Assembly: GCA_019911865.1 (NCBI GenBank)
Contig: JAIOJQ010000385.1
Span: 1 to 56,566, forward strand
Direction: 5' to 3'
Source: Thermoanaerobaculia bacterium
GTDB lineage: Bacteria; Acidobacteriota; Thermoanaerobaculia; Multivoradales; JAGPDF01
DNA: 56,566 bases
The notes under the pieces were generated by a model, which was not told the origin of the DNA, searched no databases, and was given only the letters and a program-made list of their open reading frames with translations. Each line of letters starts with the position of its first letter. The first letter of the stretch is position 1. Below, piece after piece: positions 8,995 to 17,232 of the stretch. The translations under genes and the position numbers were made by a program.

Positions 8995-9582
8995 TCAAGG
9001 CTCGATGTTGGGCAGCATGTTCGGATCGCGCGGCGCCAGCTTCCAGTTCCCGTCCGGCTGGAGCGTCGCGGCATCGGATTCTCGAACGATCGTTGATCCG
9101 AACGCCAAGCAGGGAATGACCTCTCCTCCCGGCTCAGGCTCCCTCCACTCGCCATCCTCGCCAAGGAGGTACCCGTCGGAAAGCCGGAAGATCTGCGGTG
9201 GCGATCCGATCGCAAAGCAGGCAACGGGCGGCACGGGCCATCCCTCCGGTTGAAAGTCCGCGAGGTCTTCTCGTCCCATCTTGAGGGAGGGTGGAAACTC
9301 CGCGGTAAGCCACTGGGGGATGTAGCCCTCGGCAAAGGCTCGCAGCTCGTGGTCGACCCGCTCGACGTCAGCCTGGACCTGGTCTGCATCGGCTCCGGGG
9401 CGGTCCGCAGCGCGCCATCGAAACATCCGCTGTACCCCTTCGAGCGTCGCAAGATCGTGCCTGCGGAGCGTTCCGGCCTCGAGTGCCCGGTACTCCGGCG
9501 TCCTTCGCAGCGCCTTGAGCTCTGCGAGGAGCTCCTGGCGCGCACGCTCGCCGACCGTCACAGCCTCGTTCGGATCGTACAT
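8995..9582 (-). CDS. Hypothetical protein
   Basis: 195-aa ORF with ATG 9582 and an in-frame stop 29 codons upstream. Composition is protein-like (MYDPNEAVTVGERARQELLAELKALRRTPEYRALE...). No family recognised. Confidence 0.65.
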   Translation of the reverse strand: MYDPNEAVTVGERARQELLAELKALRRTPEYRALEAGTLRRHDLATLEGVQRMFRWRAADRPGADADQVQADVERVDHELRAFAEGYIPQWLTAEFPPSLKMGREDLADFQPEGWPVPPVACFAIGSPPQIFRLSDGYLLGEDGEWREPEPGGEVIPCLAFGSTIVRESDAATLQPDGNWKLAPRDPNMLPNIEP

Positions 9583-9808
9583 TTCGAACTCCCGAAAGTG
9601 CAGTCCGCCGAACCGAGGACATGAGGTGCCTCGGGTCGCGCCGTCGCAGCATCTGGCTCGCTTCGTCTAGTCCAGAGACTCGGTAAAGCGTACCAATCTC
9701 GCTTCCTCGGCGGACGCCCTCCCAGTCCCCAAGAACAAGTTGACGAAAACCTCTGGACATTCCCAGACGGGCCGGTAACCTCTCGACTGCTGGACGGGGG
9801 AGCCGACG

Positions 9809-10057
9809 ATGCCTCAAGCCAAGAATGCGACCGGAGTCAACCCAGAGCAGGTTCGCGCCACGTTTCCGTTTCCTGCAACCTGGTCCCCGATCGCGGCGGA
9901 CGCGGCACGGCTGGCCCTGATGGTTCTGGTTGTCGCCGGCGTCTTCGCGTTTCTGGGCTACTCGGGTGAGAGGCTCATCCTGACGGCGCTCGGCGGCGCC
10001 GCGGTCTGGCGCCTCGTCTTCGGTCTGGCGGCGCCGAGGCCCAAGACCGAGAGCTGA
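9809..10057 (+). CDS. Small membrane protein (2 predicted TM helices)
   Basis: 82 aa. SD-like GGGGGAG lies 7 nt upstream of the ATG. Hydrophobic stretches: LALMVLVVAGVFAFLGY and LILTALGGAAVWRLVFGLAA. Confidence 0.5.
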   Translation: MPQAKNATGVNPEQVRATFPFPATWSPIAADAARLALMVLVVAGVFAFLGYSGERLILTALGGAAVWRLVFGLAAPRPKTES

Positions 10058-10101
10058 GGGCGGCGCTTGAATTCCGCCAGTTAGGCGACTACAGTAGTTA
10101 C

Positions 10102-10509
10102 ATGAAGAGACCCAAGAGCCGGGAGACCCAGCGGCCCGGCAGGCCTTCCCGCAAGGCGAAGACGCTCGGCGGGGCAGTAGTCGAGCAGCAGGGGCGCGAG
10201 GCGAGCAAGGCCCGGGCGCACCGCGCGGCCACCTTTGGCTTGCGGGAGGCCAAGGCCCGGCTCTCCGAGCTCGTCCGCCTGGCCCGCACCGGCCAGATCG
10301 TCACGATCACCGATCATGGCGAGCCGGTCGCCCGCCTCGTCGCTCCCTCCGAGCTCTCCCTCGAGGAACGGCTCGACGCCATGGAGCGCCGCGGCGAGCT
10401 CGAGCCCGCCCGCGGGCCTTGGCCGGTCGACCTCGCGGTACCCATCTTCCCGGCAGAGGCGGCCGACCTTCTCCAGCGCTACCTGCGTGATGACCGGGAC
10501 AGCGACTGA
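10102..10509 (+). CDS. Phd/YefM-family type II antitoxin
   Basis: FGLREAKARLSELVRLARTGQIVTITDHGEPVARLVAP is the Phd/YefM signature. The 45-aa basic N-terminal extension may be over-called. The stop overlaps the PIN gene. Confidence 0.75.
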   Translation: MKRPKSRETQRPGRPSRKAKTLGGAVVEQQGREASKARAHRAATFGLREAKARLSELVRLARTGQIVTITDHGEPVARLVAPSELSLEERLDAMERRGELEPARGPWPVDLAVPIFPAEAADLLQRYLRDDRDSD

Positions 10510-10954
10510 GCCGTCCGCCGTCGCCCCGACCTATTGGGATTCGTCGGCCGTGATCGCGACGCTTGCCGATGAGACGAGGTCTCCCGCCGCGCTCGCGGTC
10601 CTGCAGTCTGCCGGACGCGTGCATCTGCTCTCGACGCTCGCTTGGTCGGAGGTGCTCGCGGGGGTGAGTCGTCTCGTCCGTGAGGGCAAGGTCACGCTCG
10701 CCCAGCGCAACCGCGCCGCGGACCGCCTGGCCCGTGCCCCTTGGCAGGCCTTCGCGGGGCAGCCGGATCGCCAGCTGGCGCGAGACCTCGCGCAGCGCCA
10801 CGCGCTGCGCGGCCCCGACCTGTGGCACCTGACGCTCGCGCTCACGGTGCGCCAGCAGCTCGAGGAGCTCGAGTTCTGCTGCTTTGACCTGGCCCTGGCG
10901 ACCGCGGCCGCCGCGGAGGGGCTCCCGGTGGTTGCGATGGGGGAGACTTCGTGA
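10490..10954 (+). CDS. vapC: PIN-domain toxin (VapC-like)
   Basis: Frame of ORF 10235..10954 trimmed to ATG 10490. YWDSSAVIATL...STLAWSEVL...LRGPDLWHLTLAL...CCFDLAL shows PIN-type acidic residue spacing. It overlaps the antitoxin 3' end by 20 nt. Confidence 0.8.
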   Translation: MTGTATEPSAVAPTYWDSSAVIATLADETRSPAALAVLQSAGRVHLLSTLAWSEVLAGVSRLVREGKVTLAQRNRAADRLARAPWQAFAGQPDRQLARDLAQRHALRGPDLWHLTLALTVRQQLEELEFCCFDLALATAAAAEGLPVVAMGETS

Positions 10955-10979
10955 CCTCGAGGCCTGCCCGCAGGTTTCC

Positions 10980-12131
10980 ATGACGGTGCCCGGCCCGGGC
11001 GACGGGGACCTGCTCGACTTCGTCTCCAAGCTCGCGGCTCTGGCCGCGGAGACTGAGGAGATCGAGTCCGCGATTCAGCGGGCCGCCGACCTCGCGCAGG
11101 AGCACTTCGACCTGGTCGCGGCGAGCGTCTGGCTGGTCGATCCGGCCCGCCCGAAGTACCTCGAGCTTCGAGCGCTCTCGACCCGGACGCCGATGGCGAG
11201 CCCTCCGGCCTGGTCCATTCCAGCCGCACGCGGCGTTGTCGGCCGGGCGCTCCGGCAGGAGCGGCCGCAGCTGCTCGTCGACGTTCACTCGGACTCCGAC
11301 TACCTGGCGCAGTTTCCGGAGACGATCGCCGAGGTCGTGATCCCGCTTCGGCACCGGGACGGGGCGCTCGGGGCCGTCGTCTTCGACGCCGACCGACCGG
11401 AGGCCTTGTCGAGCGAGAAGGTGGCGCTGCTCGAGGCGGTCGCCAGCCAGCTCGCGGGCCTGGCGCGGTTTGCGGCGATCGAGCGGCGCAATCAGGAGAT
11501 GACCTTCGAGCTCGAGCAGTCCAACCTCCGCTTGCGCGAGCGAAACGAGTCCCTGAGCGAGTTCGCGACGACGGACGCGCTCACGGGCCTGCCCAACCGG
11601 CGCCAGTTCGACCAGACCCTCGAAACCGAGTGGCGCCGGGCAACCCGGGGCGAAGCTCCCATCGCGATCATTCTGGGGGACATCGACTACTTCAAGCGGC
11701 TCAACGATACGGCCGGCCATCAGCGGGGCGACGTCGTCCTGGCCGAGGTGGCCGAGGTCCTCCGCGGGGCCTTCACTCGTGCCGGGGACCTTGCCGCCCG
11801 CTACGGGGGCGAGGAGTTCGTTGTCGTGCTCCCGGATACCCCCCTCGAGACCGCGGCCGAGCTCGCCGAGCAGGCTCGTGCCCGGATCGAGGCGCGTGCC
11901 ATCGAGCACCCGGCCTCCCAGCTCGGGCCAGTGGTGACCCTGTCGATGGGTGTGGCCTCGGTCGTGCCCGGCCTCGGCGGCGACCCGGCCCTGCTCCTCG
12001 CAGAGGCCGATGCCGCGCTCTACCGCGCCAAGGCGAGGGGGCGCAATCGAGTGGAACTTGCGGGAGGCGAACTGCAGCCGGGCTCGAAGCTCCCGGGGTT
12101 CAAGACCCAAGTCGCGAGGCCTGAGACATGA
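10980..12131 (+). CDS. GAF-GGDEF diguanylate cyclase
   Basis: ORF 10884..12131 trimmed to ATG 10980. A GAF-like N-terminus (VWLVDPARPKYLELRAL...VVIPLRHRDGALGAVVFD) is followed by DALTGLPNRRQF, ILGDIDYFKRLND and RYGGEEFVVVLPDT. Confidence 0.85.
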   Translation: MTVPGPGDGDLLDFVSKLAALAAETEEIESAIQRAADLAQEHFDLVAASVWLVDPARPKYLELRALSTRTPMASPPAWSIPAARGVVGRALRQERPQLLVDVHSDSDYLAQFPETIAEVVIPLRHRDGALGAVVFDADRPEALSSEKVALLEAVASQLAGLARFAAIERRNQEMTFELEQSNLRLRERNESLSEFATTDALTGLPNRRQFDQTLETEWRRATRGEAPIAIILGDIDYFKRLNDTAGHQRGDVVLAEVAEVLRGAFTRAGDLAARYGGEEFVVVLPDTPLETAAELAEQARARIEARAIEHPASQLGPVVTLSMGVASVVPGLGGDPALLLAEADAALYRAKARGRNRVELAGGELQPGSKLPGFKTQVARPET

Positions 12132-12307
12132 CGCCGAAGGACCCTCGAAGCTATGTCATCGCGATGCTTCGCCGGGATCTCGGACGCGAACCTACCGAGC
12201 GCGAGGTTGAGGTCTGGGTCGAGTGGATCGGGGCCAGCAGCGCGCTCGATCCGGATTCGAAGTACCCGGGCTTCCGGCTCGTGAGGAGGAAAAGGCCGGA
12301 GCGGTGA
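12128..12307 (+). CDS. Small ORF, DUF4214-like fragment
   Basis: 59 aa, below the track cutoff: MTPKDPRSYVIAMLRRDLGREPTEREVEVWVEWIGASS...FRLVRRKRPER. Its 3' end lies inside the 62-bp direct repeat. It is a paralogue of 16565..16750 (shared RRDLG.E ... FRLVR.K.PER). Confidence 0.3.
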   Translation: MTPKDPRSYVIAMLRRDLGREPTEREVEVWVEWIGASSALDPDSKYPGFRLVRRKRPER

Positions 12308-12336
12308 GGGCTTACTCGGCGCGCTCGGCGGCCTCG
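12272..12336 (+). repeat. Left copy of a 62-65 bp imperfect direct repeat
   Basis: ttccggctcgtgaggaggaaaaggccggagcggtgagggcttactcggcgcgctcggcggcctcg aligns with ttcaggctcgtgagggggaaagggccggagcggtgaggcctattcgccgcgctcggcggcctcg at 16715..16778, about 85% identical. Confidence 0.8.
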
Positions 12337-12456
12337 GGCGTGCAACCCTTGGCTGCAGCGCCGCGAGCTTGGAGTGGCTCCCCACGAAGCGCCGGACGGA
12401 GCTTGCGCAGGGCTAGCCTGGCCGCTCCTCGACCGCGGAGACGGACCTGTGCTCGG

Positions 12457-13239
12457 TCAACCCGCCACGTTCCGGTACTTCCTGCCGACGACATAGCAGC
12501 GGCTGGTAGCAGGGCGTTCGATCCTCAGCAAGTCTGCTACGAGCGACCAAGTCGACACGGCGCCTTCTTGATCGAGCGTCGCATTGTCTTGCGGTCTGGC
12601 GAGTACGGGTCCATCGTTGGATTCTCCGATCTCGTCGAGATCGCCCCTCTTGGCGAGTTCAGCGAACTCCCGAGCAGCGCAGTGGGCGTCAATCCGATTC
12701 TCGTTGCCGCCGAGCGGCCCCCCGTACTCATGCGCCGGCTTGAAGTCGCCAGCAACGAAGGCTTCCCAGACAAGCAGGGAAGGCGAGTCAGCGTTGGGCT
12801 CGGTTGACTCCAGCTCCCGGAACCGCGTGAGCATCCGGAGGCGACCGGTTGGCCGGACCAGAGGTTCGAGCGCAAGGAAGGCGAGCTGCGTTGCTCGCAC
12901 GGCCGCGGAAGCACCCGCCTGGAGATACCACTCGTGTTTCTTCTCCGCATCGAAGCGCCAGCGGAAGAGGGTTCCTCGGTCGAACGTCCTCACGAGTGGT
13001 GTCCACATTGGAGCTTCCACACCCAGCGCGACGCGGCGATGATTGGCGATGTCGTCGCGGAGCGCCTCCTGCAGGGCAGCTAGCCGCGAGAATCGGACAT
13101 TCAATGGACCTTGATTTTCAGGAACCTCGGAATCAACTCGACCCCACGCGAAGGACTTCCCAGCAACGCCTCCATCGCGGCCGACCTCCACGGTTCCAAC
13201 ATCAATGCAGTAGCTGACGATCTCCATAGGTCCCTCCAT
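12457..13239 (-). CDS. Hypothetical protein, possible RNase H-like (DUF429-like) nuclease fold
   Basis: ORF 12457..13785 trimmed to ATG 13239 (MEGPMEIVSYCIDVGTVEV...). The upstream 180 codons are shadow overlapping the WYL gene. The spacing of acidic/His residues in CIDVG ... ALGVEAPMW ... NRIDAHCAAREFA suggests an RNase H-like fold (weak). Confidence 0.65.
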   Translation of the reverse strand: MEGPMEIVSYCIDVGTVEVGRDGGVAGKSFAWGRVDSEVPENQGPLNVRFSRLAALQEALRDDIANHRRVALGVEAPMWTPLVRTFDRGTLFRWRFDAEKKHEWYLQAGASAAVRATQLAFLALEPLVRPTGRLRMLTRFRELESTEPNADSPSLLVWEAFVAGDFKPAHEYGGPLGGNENRIDAHCAAREFAELAKRGDLDEIGESNDGPVLARPQDNATLDQEGAVSTWSLVADLLRIERPATSRCYVVGRKYRNVAG

Positions 13240-13277
13240 TCGACTCGACCAGCCGGACGTGACGGCGCGCTTCGGCT

Positions 13278-14246
13278 TCAATCCTCGGTGGGCTTGTCGG
13301 GGCTCCAGGTCACGCGGTCGATGCTCGGTTGCTCGGATTGGAGCCGCCTCTCGAGGCGGAACTGGGCTCGGACGTCGAATTCGACAGTCAGGCGCCCTTG
13401 GCGGTCCCAATGTTCGGTCTGATCCGGGTGCCATTTGCGCTCGGCGATACGGGGAGAAGCCGCTTTGGAAAAGGTGATGCGTACGCGGCGGACCGGGGCA
13501 CCGTCGGTCTGGAGGCCGTCGATTCCCTCCCGGACGTAGCGGGAAAGGTCGAAGTCGACCGGGAGTTCGAAGGTCCGCTCGGTCACGGTGGCCGCGCGGA
13601 TGCGGGCGAGCAGGAAAGTGCGGCGCGCCCCGGACCGGTGATCGTGGCCATAGAGGTTCCAATCGCCGTCCGTGACGATGAGGCCGTACGGATCGATTCG
13701 TCGTCGTCGCGCAGGCTCTCCCGGCTTCTGATAGGTGACCGCCAGAGTGAGCGAGCGACGAAGAGAGTCCAGGACGGCGTCCCACACCTTCGCCCGGATA
13801 GCTGCCGCGGGCTGGCCCGTGAATGCGACGCGGGACGTGATCCAGTTTGCCGCGAAGCGCTCGCGTTCCGGGAGCGCGCGCTCAAAGAGTCCGAACGCGC
13901 GGCGTGCAGCAGCCTCCCAGGGCGTGCCGGCGTATTGCCCCAGGGCCTCGCGCATCAGCAGAAGCGCGTGGAGATCGGTCTCGGAAAGCAGAACGGCCGG
14001 TAGAGCGAAAGCAGGCTCGGCGTAGTGCCATCCCTTCCGGTGTTCGTCGTAGACGAGCGGTGCACCGAGCGAGTCCCGCAAGTAGGCGAAATCGCGCTGG
14101 ATCGTGCGGGTCGAAACGCCGAGCTCACGAGCCAGCGAAGCCTGGCTCACTCGCTCCCCGTCCCGCAATCGGGCATCGATCTCGAGCAGGCGACCGAAGG
14201 AGGAGAGGTAATCGCCGGGGCGATGGAGCGTCCTCATTGTTCTCAT
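13278..14246 (-). CDS. WYL-domain transcriptional regulator (HTH-WYL-WCX; BrxR/CapW/PafBC-like)
   Basis: The N-terminal HTH is SQASLARELGVSTRTIQRDFAYLRD. The central region is LTLAVTYQKPGEPARRRRIDPYGLIVTDGDWNLYGHDHRSGARRTFLLARI (WYL-type). There is a C-terminal extension. It is divergent from the AAA+ gene. Confidence 0.85.
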   Translation of the reverse strand: MRTMRTLHRPGDYLSSFGRLLEIDARLRDGERVSQASLARELGVSTRTIQRDFAYLRDSLGAPLVYDEHRKGWHYAEPAFALPAVLLSETDLHALLLMREALGQYAGTPWEAAARRAFGLFERALPERERFAANWITSRVAFTGQPAAAIRAKVWDAVLDSLRRSLTLAVTYQKPGEPARRRRIDPYGLIVTDGDWNLYGHDHRSGARRTFLLARIRAATVTERTFELPVDFDLSRYVREGIDGLQTDGAPVRRVRITFSKAASPRIAERKWHPDQTEHWDRQGRLTVEFDVRAQFRLERRLQSEQPSIDRVTWSPDKPTED

Positions 14247-14258
14247 TCGATCCTGTCA

Positions 14259-14291
14259 CAGGACCCCGGACAGGGTCTGTCCAGGGTCCGG
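14259..14291. promoter_or_regulatory. 33-bp near-palindrome in the WYL/AAA+ divergent intergenic region (candidate operator)
   Basis: caggaccccggacag-ggt-ctgtccagggtccgg: the 15-nt arms match at 13 of 15 positions, with a perfect core GGACAG-N3-CTGTCC. It lies 31 nt upstream of the AAA+ GTG and 13 nt upstream of the WYL start. Confidence 0.5.
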
Positions 14292-14321
14292 TCGTCATGC
14301 TGCGCGTGAAAGGAGATTCAT

Positions 14322-15698
14322 GTGTTGGCTCAGACCTCCCCCCGTTCCGTCGACTCCCTCGCCCCCGCTCCTTCCTCGCGCAGCGAGCCGCTTCACAAGC
14401 GCTCGACCGCCGAGTTCCGTCGACTGCTTGGCGCCGCTACGAGCGACGATGTTCTGGTACGGCTTGCTTCCAACTTCCTCGGAGTCGAGACCCCGATGCG
14501 GCACTACCAGCTGCACGGCAAACTCCGGACCGCACTCGCTTGGCATACGCTCCCGGACTTCCTCGCGATGCAAGGGCTCGTTGTTGCCGGCGCTGTGGGT
14601 AGCACCGGCTCCGGAAGGCACGCGTCCGAGGAGCTCGGCGTCGCCGAGTTCGAGAGCCTCCGGCTCGGTCGCGACCTCTGGCTCGAGATCCCGAAGAACC
14701 TGCTGATCTTTGTGGAGTCGGAGGAGGGCAGCAGCGCTCAGCGGGCGGTGTTGCGCTTCGAGATGGACTTGATGCGCGAAGGCCGTGTGGCGGTTGGGGC
14801 TTTTCATCTCGACCCCCACCCTCGGCTGCTCGAGGACTGGTTCGATTACACACGGCGCGCCAACCCTCTGCGCGGGCGCAAGCTCTTCGCCAACGGGACC
14901 CTGATCGAGGGACGGCCGGAAGTGGAGCGCGGGCGGCTCTTCCTTCCCGAGGTCGTCCGTCAACGGCTCGACTTTGCGCTCCGTCGCTTCGTCTCTCCGG
15001 CCACAGCGCGGCTCGCCGCGCTCGGCGTACGTCAACGCGCCGGACTGATTCTTGCGGGGCCGCCGGGAACCGGGAAGAGCACGCTCGGCAAGGAGCTCGT
15101 CGAGACCCTCGCCACGAGCCTGCTCTGGATCACCCCCGGCGACCTGAGTGAAGCGAATGATGTCCGGGAGGCTTACGAGATCGCGCGCTGGCTCGCGCCC
15201 ACCGTGGTCTTTCTGGAGGATCTCGATCTCGTCGCGGAAAGCCGCGAGCGTGGCAATCGGGGATCCATGCTCGGCCAGCTGATGAACGAGCTCGACGGCG
15301 GCGTCGGTGATCACCCGGTACTGACCATCGCCACGACGAATCGACTCGAGGTGGTCGAGCAGGCGGTCAGCAATCGTCCTGGCCGCTTCGATCAGATTCT
15401 GGAGATCGGACCGCCCGACTCGGTCTCTCGCCGCGGCATGCTCGTCCATCGGTTGCGCAATGCGGATCTCGCCGAGGACCTTCTCGACTGGTCATGCGGG
15501 CTCCTCGAGGGCGCCACGGGCGCGGAGATCGAGGAGGTGGCAAACTCTGCCCTGGCGGCAGCCGTTTTCGAAGAGGGGGCGGGAGAGTCACGCCCTCACA
15601 TCACGCGGTCGCACCTCGAAGAGGCGCTCGAGCGAGTGTCCCGTCACATCGCAGACCGCAAAGTGGGGTTCGATCGTCCAGCGGCGCGCCAACGTTGA
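14322..15698 (+). CDS. Classical-clade AAA+ ATPase (FtsH/CDC48-like module) with ~230-aa unknown N-terminal domain
   Basis: GTG start with AGGAG 6 nt upstream. Motifs: GLILAGPPGTGKSTLGKEL (Walker A), VVFLEDLDLV (Walker B), VLTIATTNRLEVVEQAVSNRPGRFDQILEIGPPD (sensor-1/SRH). Confidence 0.85.
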   Translation: MLAQTSPRSVDSLAPAPSSRSEPLHKRSTAEFRRLLGAATSDDVLVRLASNFLGVETPMRHYQLHGKLRTALAWHTLPDFLAMQGLVVAGAVGSTGSGRHASEELGVAEFESLRLGRDLWLEIPKNLLIFVESEEGSSAQRAVLRFEMDLMREGRVAVGAFHLDPHPRLLEDWFDYTRRANPLRGRKLFANGTLIEGRPEVERGRLFLPEVVRQRLDFALRRFVSPATARLAALGVRQRAGLILAGPPGTGKSTLGKELVETLATSLLWITPGDLSEANDVREAYEIARWLAPTVVFLEDLDLVAESRERGNRGSMLGQLMNELDGGVGDHPVLTIATTNRLEVVEQAVSNRPGRFDQILEIGPPDSVSRRGMLVHRLRNADLAEDLLDWSCGLLEGATGAEIEEVANSALAAAVFEEGAGESRPHITRSHLEEALERVSRHIADRKVGFDRPAARQR

Positions 15699-15749
15699 GC
15701 GCCTACCAATGAGCAGCCCACGGAGGCTTTCCGAAAAGGGAGAAGCCCG

Positions 15750-16493
15750 ATGAGCGCAGATCCGCAAAACGACCCGATCGTCTGGTACCCGGGCAGCGGA
15801 AGGGACGTCGGCCTCTGCCTTACGGACATCGACGACAATCCGGTCGGTCTCCACCTGCGGCGAGCCGATGGGAGTGGCGATGTTCGGCTCTGGATGTCCG
15901 ACTACCACCCGGAGGTGGAAGCCGAGATGTCTCGCGAGACGCCGGAGGTTTCGGGCTTCGAGTCTCCGGATTGGAAACAGCAATTCGGGGTCTCGGGGCT
16001 GCGGTGTCGGAACGTCGACACGCTGGTCAGCGCCGATTGGTCCCAGGTACGCAAGGAAACAGGGGAGCTCCGTCGAGCAGATATGTTCCCGGAAGCGGAC
16101 AACCCGAGGTACGACCGAGCTACCCTCGAGGTCGAAGTCGACCGGCGTTCCCGAGGGATCAGGAGCCGGGATCGCTACGAGGTTTGGTTCTCACCGTTCG
16201 AGTCAGGAACGATGGTCCGCCGCGTTCTGGCGCCCGGTCGATTCGCGGTGGTCGGCATTGTTCTTCTGCGTGTAGGGGGATTCGGGGACCTCCGTCCGCC
16301 GGGGCCGACGCACCACGAACCGCCGTTCTTCGATGAGGTCGCGAAGCATCTGGGACTCCCGGAGTTCGTTCTGACAGACGAGGAGCCTGGAGAGCGCTCG
16401 CCTTGGACGAGGCGCCCGTATGAGGTCACGGGGCATGCCCTTCAGGGCTGGAAGGTTCCTGCGACGGTGAACATGTATCGGCGACGCGACTGA
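15750..16493 (+). CDS. Hypothetical protein (co-oriented with the AAA+ gene)
   Basis: 247 aa, starting 51 nt after the AAA+ stop: MSADPQNDPIVWYPGSGRDVGLCLTDIDDNPVGLHL... Composition is protein-like. No family recognised. Confidence 0.65.
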   Translation: MSADPQNDPIVWYPGSGRDVGLCLTDIDDNPVGLHLRRADGSGDVRLWMSDYHPEVEAEMSRETPEVSGFESPDWKQQFGVSGLRCRNVDTLVSADWSQVRKETGELRRADMFPEADNPRYDRATLEVEVDRRSRGIRSRDRYEVWFSPFESGTMVRRVLAPGRFAVVGIVLLRVGGFGDLRPPGPTHHEPPFFDEVAKHLGLPEFVLTDEEPGERSPWTRRPYEVTGHALQGWKVPATVNMYRRRD

Positions 16494-16564
16494 GCGCGCG
16501 ACGGCCTCAACCGCTGATGGGCCGCAACGATCAGAGCTTCCTGCGCTTGGCGCTGTGAGATCTG

Positions 16565-16750
16565 ATGCCCGAGCGTGCTTCCGCGTTGATCGACGGCGGA
16601 CTTGCTGCGGAGAGGCGCGATCTCGGTGGAGAGGCCTTCTCCGGCTGGCTTCGCCGTGCTTGGAAGGAGCCTGCGGCCCCCGGCTGGATCTTCGAGCTGC
16701 TCTGGCAGCCGACCTTCAGGCTCGTGAGGGGGAAAGGGCCGGAGCGGTGA
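16565..16750 (+). CDS. Small ORF, paralogue of 12128..12307
   Basis: 61 aa, ...AAERRDLGGEAFSGWL...TFRLVRGKGPER. The 3' end lies in the right copy of the direct repeat. Confidence 0.3.
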   Translation: MPERASALIDGGLAAERRDLGGEAFSGWLRRAWKEPAAPGWIFELLWQPTFRLVRGKGPER

Positions 16751-16778
16751 GGCCTATTCGCCGCGCTCGGCGGCCTCG
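16715..16778 (+). repeat. Right copy of the 62-65 bp imperfect direct repeat
   Basis: See 12272..12336. It spans the convergent 3' ends of 16565..16750 (+) and 16754..16978 (-). Confidence 0.8.
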
Positions 16779-16978
16779 AGCTCATTGTCGACTCCCAGCT
16801 GGCGGGCGGCCGAGTCGTACATGAGGCGCGCGGCTTTCTTGGCGTCCTCGAGCTTGCGAACCTCGGCCTCGACCGCCGCGAGCTTGGCGGCAATCTGGCG
16901 ATCCGCGTCCCGGTAAGCGTCCAGGGCGACTCGGAGGGTGTTTTCCAGCAGCCGGACTTGCTCGGCACCGTAGGTCAC
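16754..16978 (-). CDS. Small coiled-coil protein
   Basis: 74 aa with a GTG start and high third-position GC: ...RQIAAKLAAVEAEVRKLEDAKKAARLMYDSAARQL...EAAERGE. Only its last ~8 codons are duplicated, at 12312..12335. Confidence 0.45.
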   Translation of the reverse strand: MTYGAEQVRLLENTLRVALDAYRDADRQIAAKLAAVEAEVRKLEDAKKAARLMYDSAARQLGVDNELEAAERGE

Positions 16979-17232
16979 GGGCCGAATCCTATCCCGGGGG
17001 TGACGCGCGGCGGGAATGGCGGAACCCAGTCCGGGGGACCGGCTCTGGTGAACCGGAACGGTCCGGCTGGCTACGGCGCTTCCTGGCGGTGCGAGATTCC
17101 GGCACAGGCTATTCTTCGGGTAGCAACGGTTCAGCAGCGGTAATCCCCCCCGGGCGCGTCCACGCTGCGTGAGCAGCCCGGAGGAACGGCCACGCCGCTG
17201 TGAGGGCGGCCAGGGGAGAGGGGGGCAGGGCC

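Noticed and set aside
9621-9762. Small minus-strand ORF MSRGFRQLVLGDWEGVRRGSEIGTLYRVSGLDEASQML… upstream of 8995..9582.
   Set aside because: It has poor third-position GC (about 60%), no SD and no motif, and it runs into the next gene in another frame. It could be a frameshifted N-terminus, but that cannot be supported.
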